A stretch of DNA of 64,000 nt from Spirochaetia bacterium. GTDB taxonomy: Bacteria > Spirochaetota > Spirochaetia > SZUA-6 > Bin103. Where the stretch lies: assembly GCA_965203515.1 (NCBI GenBank), contig OZ241907.1:2240001-2304000 (forward strand). The letters run 5' to 3'. The notes under the pieces are model-generated. The model saw only the letters and a list, made by a program, of their open reading frames with translations. It was not told the DNA's origin and made no database searches. Below, in pieces: positions 59,325 to 64,000 of the stretch (positions are counted from its first letter, which is position 1; every line of letters begins with the position of its first letter). Both the position numbers and the translations under genes were made by a program.

Positions 59325-60128
59325 CTACGGGAGGAACGGCCGGCGGGCGGCCCGCCACAGGTAGCGCTCCGACAGCACGGTGAGCGGCTTCGCCACCAAG
59401 TTGAAGTTGTCGGCCAGCTCGGCCAGCACGCCGTCCATGCGCAGCTCGCGGGCGGTACGGTGACGGGACGCCAGACGGTAGAAGCGCGCCCCGTTGTCGA
59501 TCCACTCGGCGCGTATCACCGAGGCGCTGCGGCCGCCGGCCGCCCGCGCCCGTTCGGGAAAGACGCCGATGGTGAACAGACAGAGGTCCGCGACGCGCTG
59601 ATAGGCGGAGAACCGCTCCGGCTCGGCTGCCAGGGCCGCCGCCCGGATCAGGCTTTCCAGGTCCATCGTGTCGAACCGCAGCGACCGCGGCCGCCCGCGG
59701 TCATCGGCGATCGCCAGGGTAACCCAGCGCACGTGAACGAACGACACGAGCAGCAGCACCAGGTAGTCGAACACGTGCGGCTTGGTCAGGAGCGCGAGCG
59801 CCGCATCGGCATCGAACACCACCGCCGCGTGCCGGCCCGCCGCCTCGACCGTGAACGTCCGCGACGACAGGTCACGCCGAACGCGCGCCACCAGCATGGA
59901 AAAGAACAGCAACGGCGAGACGCGGAGCAGCGGCTCATCGGCATGCAGCACCGCTTCCGCCAGCCGGTCGGAGACCAGCATGCCCTCGCGGATCTCTCGA
60001 TCCTCGCGGAAGGCGTCGCCGAGGCGTCCCCGCACGCTGCGCGCCGGTACTACCGCATGCAGCACGAACGCGACGTCCGAGTCGGCGTACAACGGACCAA
60101 GATCGATCAAGCGGGCCCCATCGTACAC
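59325..60128 (-). CDS. Hypothetical protein
   Basis: Long ORF with host-like codon use; ADLCLFTIGVFPE; start uncertain. Confidence 0.65.
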   Translation of the reverse strand: MYDGARLIDLGPLYADSDVAFVLHAVVPARSVRGRLGDAFREDREIREGMLVSDRLAEAVLHADEPLLRVSPLLFFSMLVARVRRDLSSRTFTVEAAGRHAAVVFDADAALALLTKPHVFDYLVLLLVSFVHVRWVTLAIADDRGRPRSLRFDTMDLESLIRAAALAAEPERFSAYQRVADLCLFTIGVFPERARAAGGRSASVIRAEWIDNGARFYRLASRHRTARELRMDGVLAELADNFNLVAKPLTVLSERYLWRAARRPFLP

Positions 60129-60280
60129 GGAAAACCCCTGAGCGCGTCACCCTCCATCCATCCCCGCCGCAAACGCCGCCCGCCGGCCTTCGGCCGCTCG
60201 CGCAACCCGTGCCCGCCGCCGCCGGGCCCGCCGCCGCCGCCGGGCCGGCCGGCGAGCCCAAGGCTCAGGGCACAAAAAAG

Positions 60281-60394
<114 letters not shown>

Positions 60395-60501
60395 CCACAC
60401 GCTGTATCGAATCATCATCGGCAGGCGGCGACGGCGGCGCGCCCACCATTGGTCCATCGGCCGACGGGGAGGCCGCGGACCAGAGAAGGGTAGAAAGGTG
60501 A

Positions 60502-63549
<3,048 letters not shown>

Positions 63550-63758
63550 CACCCATCTACCCTTCCCTGTGTCCGACGACCGCTGTAAAGACCCCGTCGA
63601 TCAGCGGCGACATCGGAGGTGCGCCGGCGCTCGGCGCCTTGGCGCACCCTTGTCAAAGATACGTCGTCCCAAAAGACGCGCAAGCGTATTACCGCTCAGG
63701 CGTCCGTCATCGTCTCGGTTTCGAGCGCTGCCGGGGACACTATCAGTGGTGTGCGACA

Positions 63759-63832
63759 TGGAGGTATGGGGACTCGAACCCCAGACCTATGGCTTGCAAA
63801 GCCATCGCTCTGGCCACCTGAGCTATACCCCC
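63759..63832 (-). tRNA. tRNA-Ala(UGC); CCA not encoded
   Basis: GGGGGTATAGCTCAGG...TTTGCAA...GTTCGAGTCCCC; G3-U70 pair. Confidence 0.95.
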
Positions 63833-63979
63833 GGCAATCGGCGCCGGCGACTGCCGCACGGCATCCGAGCGCTTCCGTGACAACGAAAGGGAATGGGGAA
63901 GAGCGGGGTCGTCGCACGCAGGCCAAAGCCTGCTTGCCATCGCCGATCACCGCTGACCGGCGATGGCGTCTGCTCTTGA

Positions 63980-64000
63980 AAAGGAGGTGATCCAGCCGCA
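63980..64000 (-). rRNA. rrs: 16S rRNA 3' end (partial)
   Basis: Reverse complement TGCGGCTGGATCACCTCCTT (anti-Shine-Dalgarno). Confidence 0.93.

Overview
GC-rich bacterial chromosome segment, most likely from a spirochaete. This is an inference from the DnaK N-terminus ([22 protein letters not shown]) and a Leptospira-type citramalate synthase. Housekeeping content: ABC exporters flanking a DUF1854 gene, oxidoreductases, ferritin, gpgS, mtaB, a SMUG1-type glycosylase, a two-component system, hflX, argH, cimA, panB-panC-coaX-coaBC, tatABC with system II cytochrome c biogenesis genes, uppS, and the 3' part of an rRNA operon (16S end, tRNA-Ala, 23S, 5S; minus strand). Three visibly lower-GC accessory islands interrupt it. 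(1) About 5.2-7.7 kb: a type II R-M pair (N4C-type methylase plus MjaI-like nuclease). (2) About 23.5-28.7 kb: an orphan DUF1156 methylase, an AAA ATPase, and two internally deleted pseudogenes. (3) About 36.4-46.1 kb: tandem Rpn nucleases with intragenic small-protein starts, next to the standout locus. That locus is a ~1,896-aa ORF in which a near-complete DnaK, altered at the catalytic EPT motif and in the substrate-binding loops, is fused in frame to two dynamin-like GTPase domains (the second LeoA-like). It is coupled to a third GTPase gene and is a candidate Hsp70-fused Eleos/LeoABC-like membrane-remodelling defence system. Other observations: scrambled copies of neighbouring host genes at island borders, a probable Ile-sensing attenuator upstream of cimA, and a structured pan-motif-like leader upstream of panB. 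All calls come from reading motifs by eye; no database searches were run.
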